Source: Carcharhinus longimanus
Lineage: Eukaryota
Assembly: GCA_030264375.1 (NCBI GenBank)
Contig: JASCQW010000119.1
Coordinates: forward strand, 7,038,536-7,102,535
DNA length: 64,000 nucleotides
Reading direction: 5' to 3'
In this document: in pieces, positions 26,154 through 39,495 of the stretch
Layout of the letters: each line of letters opens with the position of its first letter
How positions within the stretch are numbered: position 1 is the stretch's first letter
Notes under the pieces: model-generated
Told to the model about the DNA's origin: nothing
Seen by the model: the letters and a program-made list of their open reading frames with translations, nothing else
The model's database searches: none
Made by a program: the position numbers and the translations under genes

Positions 26154-27086
26154 ATTTCAGGAAACGGAATCCGGGTAACACTCTTAAAGGATACGAAGAT
26201 TGAAGACAATAGCTTAAAGAGGGACTTAAGAGGCCAAAAGGTACAATGAAATCTCATTGGCAGGCAGGATTATTGATAATCCTAAGGTTTTTAATGCACA
26301 TATAGTGAGGAACAGGGTAGCTGAGGAACGGGTAGATCTTTGCAACAGAGTAGGTGGGTGGGGGTGGCGCGTGGAGTTGGCGTGAGGGAGGCGGGGTGGC
26401 GGGGTGATAGAATTATGTTTGGAATGAGATGAGGCGGGTGAGGTCCTTAAAAAATACCTTGCATAAGTATTCACAAATGAGAAGGATGTATCGGATGCTG
26501 AGTAAAGCAAGTATGACGCTGGCTTTTCAGGAAATGTATAGATGAAAGCAGAGGATGTATTGACGGTTTTGATAAAATAAGCGTTAAAATGGAATAGTCC
26601 ACGGGGCCAGATAAGGTCGATCCAAGTATACTAAAAGAGGTGAGGCAATATATTTCTATGGCCTTTTCCAAAATCTTTGCATTCACCATTGCCAGGGGCG
26701 AGATCCCAGATTATTGAAGATTAGCTAATAATGTTCCTCTGTTTAAAAAGGACAGAAGAGATATTTCGGATTACGAAAGTGGTTGGGAAATTACTGAAGC
26801 AAACTCTTCAAAAAAATCTTCAAAAAATTCTTCAAAACTGCACATCTGGAAGGGAACAGAAGTTTCAGCGATATTCAGCATGGCTTTCTGAAAGGAAGGT
26901 CTTTTATCACAAAAAAAATGCTTGAAATAGTTGAGGACGTGACAATAAACAATGACCAGGGCAGCGCAGTGGATGTGGTGTGCATGGCCCAGTTAATGCC
27001 TTCTGTCATGTTCCTGTTGGCAGACTGATACAGATGGTATACAAGGTGAGTTTGCAAGATGGATACAACACTAGTATCATCATACC

Positions 27087-27170
27087 AGAAATGTGATTGG
27101 TAAATTTGCAGATGATAACAATTGGGAGAGAAATGTGATTAGTAAATTTGCAGATGATAACAATTGGGAG
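27087..27170 (+). repeat. 42 bp tandem duplication covering the RT KFADD motif
   Basis: agaaatgtgatt(g/a)gtaaatttgcagatgataacaattgggag twice (27087-27128 and 27129-27170), one mismatch. Confidence 0.95.
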
Positions 27171-29454
27171 AGAAGGGGTTAGTGAGAATGATTGCTTGAA
27201 GATACACCATGAAATAGATTAGCTGGAGAATTAAGCCGAATGACGACAGATGGAATTTGACCTGCACAAATGAGATTAGGAAAGTCAACCACAGAAGGAA
27301 AGTCAGCATTAAGTGATGGAGGCCTTAGAAATATTAGCATAAAAAGCGATCCAAGCACGCAGACAAACAATGCTCTAAAGATTTCAGATTAGGTGGGCAG
27401 CTGGTAATGGAGGGATGTGGCATGCTGACCTTCATCGGGACATTGAGGATTGGAATTACAAAATCATGACACAATATGAGTCTTTCGTTTCTCCGCATGT
27501 AGGCTATTGCGGACAATTCTAGGTTTGCACGCTGCTGGAAGATTTCTAATACATTGGAAAAAGTTCAGTAGAGTTTTCAAAACATGTTGCATGGTGTGAG
27601 GATGGTCTGAACAACTTATGTTTTGTTGTTGTTGTTGTTGTTTCATTGGAACGTCGTGCCCGAGGTGCGACCTGCTATAGGTTTGATGTTAATGACATGT
27701 TTGGTCAGAGTTCATTTTTCCAAAACAAGAGGGTTAATTACTCGGGTCTTCGGTTGAAAGCGCGATGAAAAAGTTANNNNNNNNNNNNNNNNNNNNNNNN
27801 NNNNNNNNNNNNNNNNNNNNNNNNNNNNNNNNNNNNNNNNNNNNNNNNNNNNNNNNNNNNNNNNNNNNNNNNNNNNTGAAAGCGCGATGAAAAAGTTAGA
27901 ACAAGATGCAAGAGGGGGGTTTTTCAAGCAGAAGGTGGTGGCTGCCTGGGATGTGCTGCCAGCGGAGGTGCTGGAAGTAGATTGTATATCAATATTCAAG
28001 AGGTACCGAAATAGATGTCTGATGAGCCGGGAAATAGAGGGACATAGACACCATAGAGGCAAGAAAATATTTGATTCGTATGACATCTGCGAGGGAACAG
28101 ATTTGGTGTTGGATGGCCTGTTCTTCTGCTCTATTGTTATTTTCTTGTTCTCAGAGAGAAGAGGAATTGTTGTAATGAGGTGAAGTTCGGAAAGCGAGTG
28201 TGGGACGAGGGGAAAAATTGGTGGAAGAATAGGATGCGGATTGGGAAATAGATAGCGAAGGGTTTGGGTTTTATATGTAGCTTGGCCCTTTCATGCTGAC
28301 CTCAATGGATTAAAAGCAACTTCCGTTAAGAATCAGATGCAAGCGAGATATCGCAACTGTGGGTGGCAATGCCTCCAGATTGTCGAGCTTGACTGCACTC
28401 TGCAACACATGTTTCACGTCAGTTTTCAGCGGACTTGCAATTGCCACGTTAAGGGTACAATTTCCTGAAGCATTTGAACTAGCCAAGTTACACAAGGATA
28501 AAAGTTGCAGTAGAGTAGCTCCAAAACAAGGATCTAACACCGCTTAATGTATATTGCAAACTCATTTTTTTAATTCATCCCAGACGCTTGTGACCATCAT
28601 ACGCATGATCAAACTTGTTTTACTAGATTTAGTTGTCACGATAAAGTTGAAACAAAATATCTCATCTTTGTTTACATATACCTGAAACAAATTTTAAAAT
28701 AATGCACACACACAAGAAAAAACACCCAAAATAATTTCTGCTGCCTCTATGAGCAGCAGCTGGCCAAAGCACAACAGTGTAAATACGTAAGGACAGTGGC
28801 TGGGATTCAGGACCTCCAGCTTTCAGAACCTCAGAGGTTCGGAATTGGCGTTATTTCAGCACAGATGCGCCAGAACTTCCTTGATTACCAACACGTAACT
28901 GTGGCTCATAATTTATTAAACCCGGCCAATAACTCCTCGAAATTAATTAAAGCTGTGCAATTGCAATGCAATAACATTTGGAGTTCTAGCAGATACTTGC
29001 GTCATGGTCAGTAGATATTGATTTCCACACGTTGTTTCAGAGCGCTCTTCTACAAAACCAAATAAGAATTTGCTCAAAGGGTTCCTCGAATACTAGAATA
29101 TCTAATAGGTGTACAGATTTTGCCACGATTCGAGGTTTTGTAATAGCTTGTATGAATGTTGTGAATGGAAAGGAAATCAATCACATCTTCACGCAGCCAA
29201 GGCGAACTCCCAAATGCGTACTCCCAAAAGACTTCTCACTGCCACCTAAGGGACTAGCCGCGAAAATCATTTACATAACACACTAGTAATATTACTCAAT
29301 GAACGTTGGCCGATTGCTCATCTGCCCAACTGTGGAAATGTTTCATTGTATTAATTAAAACATAATTTTAAGGTAATAACATTCCGGTGTGCACATAGAC
29401 GTTTTATCTCTATATGTTAATCTTGTATTTCTTCTAAGTTGTTGTAAATAAAAA

Positions 29455-30080
29455 AAAGGTCCACATCGTCCTGCACCTGTCTCCTTTTCCAACTCTCTGA
29501 TCAGAAATGCATTCTCAAAATGAACTTCGCCTTCATTTTCACTCTTTGCTATCACACCGTCAGGAACAAGTGCAAAATATGAGTCATTTAACAACTCAAT
29601 TGTTCTATTTTCCACTGTTTTTTCAACCACACCAGGGATCACTCCCTCCTGTGATCCAGCTGTATCGCCAGTCAAGATAAACAGTTCACCTGGACAATAT
29701 CATTTCTCTATTAATCCTGCCACCACATCATCAATTTTCGCTGGACTCTCTGCCGACAGGTTTTACAATGGAGAACGACTGTTGGCACCCTGATTACCAT
29801 GTATTACCAGCCTGACGGGAAGTTCTCCAGCCAACCATATCACTCCACACCTCTCACCATCAAAGTTGACGCATCACTGTGTATCTAAAAATTCTAACAT
29901 TTTTGCCTAGTCCCATGGCACACTACTGAACTTGCTCCACGCAAGTAAGCTCTTCAAAGAAATTTGGCATTTTCTCATCAACCAGAATGTCACCGGGCTA
30001 TTTTTTCTACCTCTTTAAATTAAAAGTTTCTTCACATTCCTTGGGGGAATATAAGATCATCACCCCTCTTCTTGCACAAG
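29455..30080 (-). mobile_element. Gypsy-type LTR retrotransposon relic (gag-protease region, Gmr1-like)
   Basis: Minus translation VRIFRYT (decayed ILRDTG protease motif, ~29876-29899), LVIHGNQG, ESPAKIDDVVAGLIEK*YCPGELFILTGDTAGSQEGVIPGVVEKTVEN (FILGND.AG motif). ORF 29355-29675 covers the latter part. Confidence 0.72.
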
Positions 30081-32109
30081 TAATTATTATATAGGCACAT
30101 CAAATTATTTTGAATTGGATTGTGAAGGTGGTGGAATTGTTGAACGAAACAACATGTCATATTCGACAAGGCACACATTCAAATACATCGTTAAATATCC
30201 TTCCGTACCGTCCTTTGTCTTTGTAAGTTCTGCCGAGTAAAATAAACGTAGTCATAATTATATGGTTCATCGTAGTTAAGATAAATAAGAGACCGAAGTT
30301 GCATTATACATTGATAATGGTATATGACAACTGTGCCAATGGTGACATGATGATGCATGACAGTCAGCCAATCGTCGGGTACCGTTGGGTCATTTGAGGT
30401 CACAATACATTAACTTATTGATTGCACACAAAAGCAACGATGATGCATGAAAAATATTCTAGGTGTGCAGTGCAAAGTTTTTTTTTCCCACGGTTGAATA
30501 CCTCATTGCAGAAGTTCACTTGTGATGCAGTGTGGTAGTTAGATTTTATATAAAATACCGACAGCTGCGCCCATGAAAAATGTATGAAAGTGCCAGCATC
30601 CCAAACAAAGGTGTCCCGACGTTTTATTTTTCTAGTGACAACTCTGAATCATAGCTAAATTAAAAATCAAATGCATATTTAGTGAACACGTTTTCTTTTA
30701 AACGGGCAGTGCATTGGTAACTGGGGGAAAAAAAAAACTTCAGTTTGAGAATATCAAAGGACATTGAAATGATACAATGGAGACAAATTTGACCAGAATA
30801 TTCGAGCCATGCTGATCGACAGCAAAAAGTCCGCAAAACAAGACCTGATTGAAAGAACACTTACAACAAAAACACAAAACCAAACGAAAAAAAAAACACA
30901 ATTATGTCACGGTGAAACGATCTGATTGTTTTATTTTTGATTCAATGTTCATGCCAATGAATGCTAATGCTGGCAATTGCTCATGATCTGTAATGGGTAT
31001 CATGGCGTCACTTTCATGTTGCCCATCGGTGGGGGCGATATATCTGCAGAAAGATTCGCGCGGGCTTCTGGCCTGAAGACCAAGATGCAGTCAATGACAG
31101 AACACATCTTGCGTGAGCCAAAATTGTTCAGCCGGATTGGTGTGTCCAAATTGTATGTGAAATGTCATCTGAGATCGAAATGTCAGAGCATTCCTGAACC
31201 CTCACGCTATCGAAACCAATATGTATTGATCGCATGTGTAACAATATAGAAAATGACAGAACTATTTTATAGTATCAGTGTGAACTCAGTTGTTACCAGC
31301 GGTATCCAATTATCTGAAAGGCTTACTTAATGTTCTTCTTAAATTACGCCCTCACACTGACGTTACATTGTAGATTTTACCTCAACTCCAGTCAAATCAT
31401 TTCATTTCTGAACGATGTCTATGATTCGACTCCTCTGATCTGCCCAAACTCTATGTTTATCTTCCCCCGACCATCTTTTAAATACTTCAGTACTTGACAT
31501 CCAAGTTTGTGAAGCATTACTGTCAAGGCCTTTTTTACATTTTTAAAGGAACATTTCAATTTTTTTCTCAAACTGTCGTTTTATGTTGATTTTCACATTT
31601 GGCTGGCAACATATAACTAAANNNNNNNNNNNNNNNNNNNNNNNNNNNNNNNNNNNNNNNNNNNNNNNNNNNNNCCCCAGGCAGAATATTAATACTTATT
31701 AAACGAAACGCCTTTCCCTTTTCTCCCGAGAATTAAGGTTGCTTCCATGGATCTCAACAGTGTGGTTAAAAACCGCGTCTGTATGTATAATTAAAGTCAT
31801 CCAGATTATTTTCAATGCCAGGTGGTAGCAGGAACCGCGCGAGAAAATAAGCATTATAATTAAAATAAAATTGATGTTTTTATTGTTAATGTGCAAATGA
31901 GAGACATTATGATCAACCTAAAGTTACCGTCCCTCTTTTGGGCGAAAAGTCCAAACACGGCGATTTTCCCTATTTCGCTGAGGACAATCAGACCAAACAC
32001 GAAGCTGGTCAATCTTATCTGCAGCACTGTGATTGAACATGATCATCTCATGTGCTGCCAAACTGGGCATGTCAATGTTTTCGGCAGTTGTTCAATAGTG
32101 ACATGGGGA

Positions 32110-32447
32110 AGGCGCGGCTGAGTGGTATGCTTGGTGGACGAGAAATTTACTGACCCAGGAAAATCTGCTTGTGACCCTGGATGGTATGGATTATAATTCA
32201 GCAAAAAATCTACTGAAGGCCTTAAAACCACTATCAAGTGCCCTTGGTTGGCAAAAATCCCTTAGAGAAGATATCTGCCATTTTACCAAGTCTGGCCTAA
32301 ATGAGAATCCAGCCTCCAAGAAATGTGGGTAACTCTTAAGTCGCTTTGAAATGGCATAGAAAACCAGATTTATCTTGGACAATTCGGACTGGATAACAAA
32401 CACAGGCTCAGGAAGGGGTGTCCATGTCCTAAAAACTTACAAAAAAC
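32110..32447 (+). mobile_element. Family C tRNA-headed SINE, diverged, full length
   Basis: Central block agaagatatctgccattttaccaagtctggcctaaatgagaatccagcctccaagaaatgtgggtaactcttaa is homologous to 37957-38040. A-rich 3' end. Confidence 0.7.
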
Positions 32448-32559
32448 AGAAACAGGATTTACAATGCACGCCACATGAAACATTGGTGCTTCGGTTGCTG
32501 TTGAAAATTTCTACAGCGGTGTATATGCGAGAATAAGACAGTTTGTTTGGAAGAATACA

Positions 32560-32947
32560 CCGCATCTCAAAGAAACACATACATTTCTAATATGGTTAGA
32601 CAGAGTACGATCACATTAAATGTTCTTAATGGTTGGAAAATCCATCAGTATTTGTCAGAATTTGAGGATGAGAGATTACCGTTTTGGAACAGAAATGAAG
32701 AGTAATTACTTTGCTCAGAGAAGAATGAATGCGTGGAATTCATTGACACAGAATTTATTTGAAGCCAAATAATTAATTAGCTTCAAGAGGAGATTAGATA
32801 TAGTTCCGGGAGTGAAAATGATAAGGGGAATTGGGGAGAAGGGAGCATCAAGATATCTAATTTCGTCTTTAGCAATGATGGCAATGAATTCGAGAAGATA
32901 ATCAGACGTCCCAATGACCTACTGCTGTTTCTACTTCCTCTGGTTTC
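32560..32947 (+). mobile_element. 5'-truncated CR1 3' fragment
   Basis: FGTEMKSNYFAQRRMNAWNSLTQ and SFKRRLD match the CR1 ORF2 C-terminus; tail tgacctactgctgtttctacttcc. Confidence 0.8.
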
Positions 32948-34846
32948 ACGCTTTTAAATTGCATCATTGTGCAATTTAACAAGATTTTTTTTGGCTGAAG
33001 TTTTATTATTCTACATGTTGTCCAATATTTGATAAGTATTGTTTCAGCTAATTCATTTTTTTCCAGAATCTCTTCCCTCCCTTTTTTCAACTGGTAGCAG
33101 CAGAGAATTCTTTGATATGTTATTGGTCGAAAGTTTAATTAAATATTCAAAATAATATTTATTTTCGAGGCTAGTTTGGGTCGTTCATCCTGACGCTGCA
33201 ATATTACTTCTGGCGTTTTTTTTCTACTGATTGGCAGGATAACTCAGTTGCATTATGTGAGAAGTAACATTTATTTCTGTAGTTGTTACCTGCATTTGTC
33301 TTGGCAAGTTCTATCAGGAAAAAAAAATAAGGCATCAAGGAAAGAACACCTGAATGCGTGTCCACAACGTACCAAGAGACTGATTCTACTTTCCGCTTTC
33401 AGCAATTTTCCATTGCACTCTTCTGCCTCGTCCGGTGTCCCCATCTGCAAAAATCTGTAATTATCCACCAGTATTTCTTAGAGTTTGATCGAAACTTGCC
33501 GCTGCTTTATCTCAAAATAAGCACGCGCCAGACTCTCCTTCTGAACCATTGTAAAGGAAAGTATTTAGTCAGACCAAACAAACATCAGATTCTCCTTCTG
33601 AGCCCATGCAACAGAACGTATGCAGTGTATAAAATATTGTTCAATTCAAAACATTTGTCTACTTCTACATCAAGTGGAATTGCTTCCCTTTGTTCCATCA
33701 GACAGTATTATGATATTCCTTTGGAATGAAATTAAATTATATATCCACAGTTTTGATTAACTAATAATTATCCAATCTAAACTGGACAGTGTGAATTTCA
33801 GAAGCATCTGCATTTGCTGGTTCATTCTGTGTTATAACAACTAACACATCATTTTTTTAATTTTTTTGTTTTCCTGTCTGCGTGTCAGCTGAGCCTTTAC
33901 TGACGGCACACACTCTGAGTTGTGCTTTTATCTGGTCTTCTTGTCCAACAATTCACGTCATTCAATCCCCACTCGATTTGATAAGGCCGACTAATACTAA
34001 ACTTTTTCAGCTTCATCTATCACTGGAAATACAATTAATATTTTACCCCCGCTAGCACAGCAGTGATGTTTTGATTCATTTTGCTCCAATAATTTCATCG
34101 CATTCTTTGACGCTTTTATCTGCACTCTTCTGAATTCGACAGCCTTTTTAAACTTTGTTTAACGTTTGACACATAGTCTAATAATGCCTCTCAGAAAGTT
34201 GACACAACGATTCTTCCAGGTTTAACATAAACGATCGTCTTTCCTCGTGACTGAAAAAAAAAGTTCTACAGGGCTAAAATTCTACAGGGCATCCGTTTGA
34301 TACATCAGACGGATGCGCAATTGCAGAACCTAAAATTACAGAACCATGGGATTCCTTTTAAAAAAATCTTCAGATAATCTTGACTGGAAGCCCTCAGAAT
34401 GGTCTGTAATTTGTTTCGCAACTCTTCTGACACTCCACCTGATTCTGAATGTTACGTCGTTTATTTCAACTACTTTTATTCCAAGTTGTAGATGATGTTT
34501 CTTAATGATGTCAAATTTGAATCTTGATTATATTATATTTCTGTGGAAGTCCGTAACTGGTAAGAAAATAGTAATCATTTTGCATTCATTTCTGATGGCA
34601 AATCGGACACCGGAATGACCTTCGGAAAACTTGTCGACGCATCCATTACAGTTAGTAAAAAAAGATTCCAAATGTTCATTGAAAATGCGTAAAAAATGGC
34701 AAGGTGTAATGCTTGGCAATCTCCATTAATTTGATTTAAGCAATAAATATTGATTTAAGCCATGGATATAACCCATTTGTTTAGGAATAAAAACATAAAC
34801 CTTCGAAAGACAGGCACAGTTACGTGAGCTGACAGTGTTTAAGCCT

Positions 34847-34882
34847 GAGAGAGAGAGAGAGAGACAGAGAGAGATAGAGAGA
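34847..34882. repeat. Imperfect (GA)n microsatellite
   Basis: Directly visible. Confidence 0.9.
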
Positions 34883-36858
34883 AAATTAGAATTAAAATTC
34901 TGCTGGGAGTGGGGATTCATCTCCTTCAGTTGTTCAGTTGCCAAGAACAGATAATTCGTTAAAATTTTCCAACTAACGCTGACTATGTATTACTTGAAAA
35001 AAAATCTGCCACACTCCTAATTTCGTGGGTTAAGTCGTGGGATATGATTGTTCGTACTACAGGGCAATTGCCCGAATGAACGTTGGATATCCAGGGTGTA
35101 ATGGGGCTCTCCAGATGGCTTTCATGTTGCATTTATAGCTCTCAGAGCCCTCAGGTACCTGACAGAGTGGCAGAATATTTTCAGCGTTAGTTTATTGAAA
35201 TGTATTTATGAGGTCTGCGAATGCAATTATTTGGACTATTCAGAGTAAGAAAAAATAGACTTCGATTACATGTATACAAATGGAATATACAAATAAAGTG
35301 TAAGTGTTATCTCTATCAAAACATAATCAAGGCTGCTTCATACAATCTTAAGTATGCAGTGTCCAATTAAAACTATTTTTGCATGCTGCTTCAGCTACGT
35401 AAGATCCCTTTGGTCAATATTTTGTCAACCACTCGTTCCACAATCCCTTGTACTAACGGACAATCATGAATTACAGATGCACGTTATTCAATTAAATGGA
35501 ACTTGACTTTCATCTGAGTTTACTTTCAACATGCTTGTCATTTTCACATAATGTCCTAGTGTGACAGTGGTTTAGCTTGCATCATAATATATATATAATA
35601 ATTTGTGAAATAATTAATTTCCATCCAGCAATGGTCGAGCAAGACTAACCTCGGGACGGTATCTTTAATTGCATTGTTTGCTACGATGGTGAGAACCTCG
35701 AAAGTTATGACACGTGAACTCATTTTTGGAAGACTTATATTGATTTTTTTTGTTAACTGCGCAGCATTCTGTCGATGAAAATCTGGAGGCCTACTTGCGC
35801 CGTGAATGCAGCCATTTTAAAGAGAAGTCAGAATCAAAATATTTCCAGTGACTTTTTTTAACTCAAGATATATCTGGATCCCCAGGGTTTATACGAGCAT
35901 CAATTCACCGGCATGTGAATTTGATGGTTTTTGGCACATATTGTCAACCAGCTGACGAATCAAAACTTATTGACATGAGCCACCAGGTAAAAGAGGCGCT
36001 GAGCATGGGAATGTCAGAGAAAGGAGTTCATGCGTGCCTTCGCAGTGCTGCCATGGATAGCGCTCCCAAAGGACAAAACGAAAATANNNNNNNNNNNNNN
36101 NNNNNNNNNNNNNNNNNNNNNNNNNNNNNNNNNNNNNNNNNNNNNNNNNNNNNNNNNNNNNNNNNNNNNNNNNNNNNNNNNNNNNNAGTGGGAAAAAAAA
36201 ATCACTGTCAATTTCGTCACGACTGTGCTAACTACGGTACCGGATTCGCATTTAGCATGAAGCGCATCATGATAATTAGGACAGGTTTCTCATGAATTCA
36301 GCAAATCATGATTCTGAAGAGATGTGTGTTCACATAAATAAACTGCTCAACGATGCCCATTTGTTTTTTTTTCTCTTAACGTCATGGAACTGGTGGAAAC
36401 ATTTGAATTTTCAATCTTAATGTGCCCGCACGTGCTGTGATGTTGATGCTTGTAAAACAATATATTTTTTAAAAGTTATAAAGTGTGAAAAGTGTAAATT
36501 TGCATGGTTCTGTTGGAACAGGTTTTCTTTTTGTTAATTATCTGTACTAGTGAGAAGCGGGCATAAGTGGTATACAGAGTAACACAATGTATCAGAGGAA
36601 AAGAAAACAGCATCGCTGACTTGGAAATAGACTTCATGCATTTGAATGTGGACATTTTGTTTTATTTTAAACAATCAATTTGAAATCAACATTTGAATAG
36701 TAGCAGCCGATCTGATGAATTTGATGTGTTGATAACCTGTAAATCAGTTCTATTGTGACGATTTTGGTATGACATTAAGTGTATACAAGACAACAGTAGG
36801 TACACTGAACACGGAAGACCACCTTCTACCTGACGAGTAATGGCTTAGTTCAGCTCTC

Positions 36859-36879
36859 AGAGAGAGAGAGAGAGAGAGA
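36859..36879. repeat. (AG)n microsatellite
   Basis: Directly visible. Confidence 0.9.
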
Positions 36880-37574
36880 ACAGCTATCGTCTAACAGCGT
36901 AACAGCCACATTTATGTCTTAATGGGATCCATCATCTCAATGGGAAATGTATCAACATGAATGTTCCATTTATAATTTGGAACTAACAGATGAAAAGAAA
37001 AACATGTGATGCTATATTTCCCCAAACATTGATCTCCACAAGACTCGAAGCACAGGTCAAAATAAAGCAATGGCGCGTTTTGTCATACATTAAGCAGTCA
37101 GCGTCTGTCATGGCGGTGCGCAGGGGCCAGAACAGAAATTGCGGTTCCACCTGCATTCGATTCGCCAGTTAAATACCTCAACATTATTCACAGATATACA
37201 AAATGCTCAAATAATTATTCCTGTTTCATAATTGGTGCAGGTACCTCGATGTCAAGAAATATGACTCAAAATTGCGTGTTTCTTCATAAAACCACCTTTC
37301 TACTGCTGAAACCGTCTATAATTCGGATAAACCGCTGTACACTAGATACATCTGACATACAACTGCCGATGACAGTGCATATCCTTTATATTCCCACTCA
37401 GATGGCTGCATTGTGGTACAGAACGGATAATGTGTGCCTGCTATCTTGCATTTTTCGAGTTCATCTGAAAGCATGGACATCGATATAAACAATAATGATA
37501 TGATGGTACCGTATACAACTTTGCATGGATTCGTCGTAACTTCCTAATTAACAAGTCAAATTATTTCGTAAAAA

Positions 37575-37790
37575 AAATAATTCGCTTCAGAGGATGTGGG
37601 TGTTTCTGTTTCGACAATATTCACTGGTCATTAACAAATTTACTTCAGAAAGCGTCAGTGAATTGTCTTGGTAAACGCTGCCGGGCATGCAGTTAAGGAA
37701 CATCCACAATGCTATGAGGGAATTATTAGTGCTGTTAGGGAGGGTTTGCAGAACTTCGAAAGTGCGACAGTGAAAGTACGGTGATATATT
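37575..37790 (-). mobile_element. 3' end of a CR1/L2-group LINE (partner of family C SINE)
   Basis: ggatgtgggtgtttctg...gtgctgttagggaggg...gcgacagtgaaagtacggtgatatatt matches the reverse-complemented ORF end and 3' tail of a common shark LINE as I recall it. Confidence 0.65.
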
Positions 37791-38790
37791 AGAGGAGGAG
37801 GTAGTTCATTTTAATTATCGTTGGGCAAATGATAATTCAGGACCGATGGTAAATCAATAGAGAAGAAAAATATCGGGAATTAATAGCCTAATGAAGGTCA
37901 GATCATCATTGTCTATGTTCGAATGTTACCAAAATTGCATTAGTCTTCTGCTTTTAGAGAAGGAAACCTGCCGTCCTTACTGTGCTCCACCTACAATTTA
38001 CGGTACATCCCAGACCCTAAGCAATATGGTTGACACCTAGATGCTTTTCCAAACGTCCTAGAAAGGCACTCAGTTATATTCAAGCACAAGAAAGAGAATA
38101 TCACCCAACCTATCTCGGCAGCGGAAACTGCAACGTCCAAATCAGCCTTGTCGAACATGCTAAGTGTCCATTCCGACTACTTGCAGGCTTTTGCAGAATA
38201 ACAAACTGGCCAGGCATATAATCATACATTATAGACAGTGCCCAGGCGCAGAATCAGACATGACGGACATCGTCCTAGAACCCCTGATCTTCATTCCTGG
38301 GTCTATCTCGTCTTACTGTCAGCAAGGGCGGAGCAGAGCCGAAACTAATTGGAATACAGCCGGGATCGAGTTGCTTGACAGTCGTCAATGTCGACTCCAT
38401 GGAAGTTCTTGAAATCAGATCAAAAATGGGCAAGAACACCTCCTGTAGATTCAAATAATTGCCTCACATTAGCTGATGAGTCAGAAATATTCCTAGTTGA
38501 ACATCATTTCGATGAAATATTGAGGATGTCAAGGCGCAGATTGTACTCTGATTTGAGGGCTGAAGAGTCGAACATCAAGAATGACTCAGTAATACCACTA
38601 AAGATCGCAGTCAGCCGAGGACATTACTGCCAGATCGACATTGCAGCAGCTGGAGAGGGAAACAACCCCCGTTGAAAAGAACGCATAGTTGAGCCCACAA
38701 CCCACAAAGTCACAAACGCACCCGAGTCCTTCTAATGTTAATATATCTCTTCTACAAACATGACTTTTACGACAGGAGGAACACTATAAG
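37791..38790 (+). mobile_element. 5' part of a CR1/L2-group LINE: SINE-like head followed by decayed APE endonuclease
   Basis: agaaggaaacctgccgtccttac...cccagaccctaagcaatatggttgac (shared with the SINE at 32110), then ESDMTDIVLEPLIFIPGSISSYCQQGR and ADESEIFLVEHHFDEILRMSR (ORFs 38164-38412 and 38388-38675). Confidence 0.72.
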
Positions 38791-38810
38791 TTTTGGCAAT
38801 GGAAAATTAC

Positions 38811-39093
38811 GAGCAGCACATTGGCACAGGTTTCGCATCGCAACACTTCAGTGCCTGGGACCTGGGTGCGATTCCCCGCTTGGTTCGCTGTCTGTGTGAA
38901 GTTTACACATTCACCCCGTGTCTCCGTGAGTCTTCCGATGTCCTCTCACGGTCCAAAGATTTCCAGGTTCGGTGAATTGGTCAGCCAAATTTTACCTCAG
39001 TGTAACCGAATAGGCGCAGTTGTGTGGCGGTTAGGGGATTTGTACTTTAGCATAATGGCCGTGTTAATGTAAGAGTGTTTGTGACTAATAAAT
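38811..39093 (+). mobile_element. V-SINE with type B tail
   Basis: gggacctgggtgcgattccc head; ctgtgtgaagtttacacattcaccccgtgtctccgtg V-domain; gtgttaatgtaagagtgtttgtgactaataaa tail. Confidence 0.85.
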
Positions 39094-39174
39094 GTGCTTT
39101 TCTTTTACCTTTCTCAGCCAATTTTCATAAATAGTCAACAGAGGGCAAGTTCAATTAATGTGGGTACATATATT

Positions 39175-39495
39175 GGAATGGCACGCGAACACAGTGACTA
39201 ACAACGCCAGAGACCGGTTTCGGATTTCAAGCTTGGATGATTACTTAGTGAATGCAAGTTTCCAACATGTCTAATGTATCTGCGTCAGGTGCTCCGGTTT
39301 CTTCCTACAGTGTAAAGTTTTGCAGATAGGCCATGCGAAATTGCCCCTCAAAGTCCCAAGTGGTGTAGGATTAGTGGGGTTAAAGGGATAGGGCTGATGT
39401 GGGTCTGGGTATGATGTTCTGCCGGTAAGTCTTTTCATGCTCAACAGCACAAATTGCCTCCTCCATCACTGTTGTGGTTCTGTGACTGTATGATG
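39175..39495 (+). mobile_element. HE1-like V-SINE with CR1-type tail
   Basis: ggtgctccggtttcttcctacag, ggccatgcgaaattgcccct, gggatagggc, tail tgcctcctccatcactgt. Confidence 0.75.

Larger units (their letters stand above)
25168..28150 (+). mobile_element. Decayed CR1 LINE ORF2 (endonuclease, RT, 3' end) with internal deletions, interrupted by a younger CR1
   Basis: ETILDELRSRSGTATLLGLCSRP, GDFNFPNIDW, SSDYNCV (APE); KFADD twice near 27100-27160; FFKQKVVAAWDVLPAEV; 3' UTR gatggcctgttcttctgctctat. Confidence 0.9.

Noticed and set aside
33286-33460. Possible minus-strand 72 nt exon and 21 nt micro-exon
   Set aside because: Splice-like signals are present, but the implied intron is only ~60 nt, the phases are incompatible, and the peptides are not recognised.
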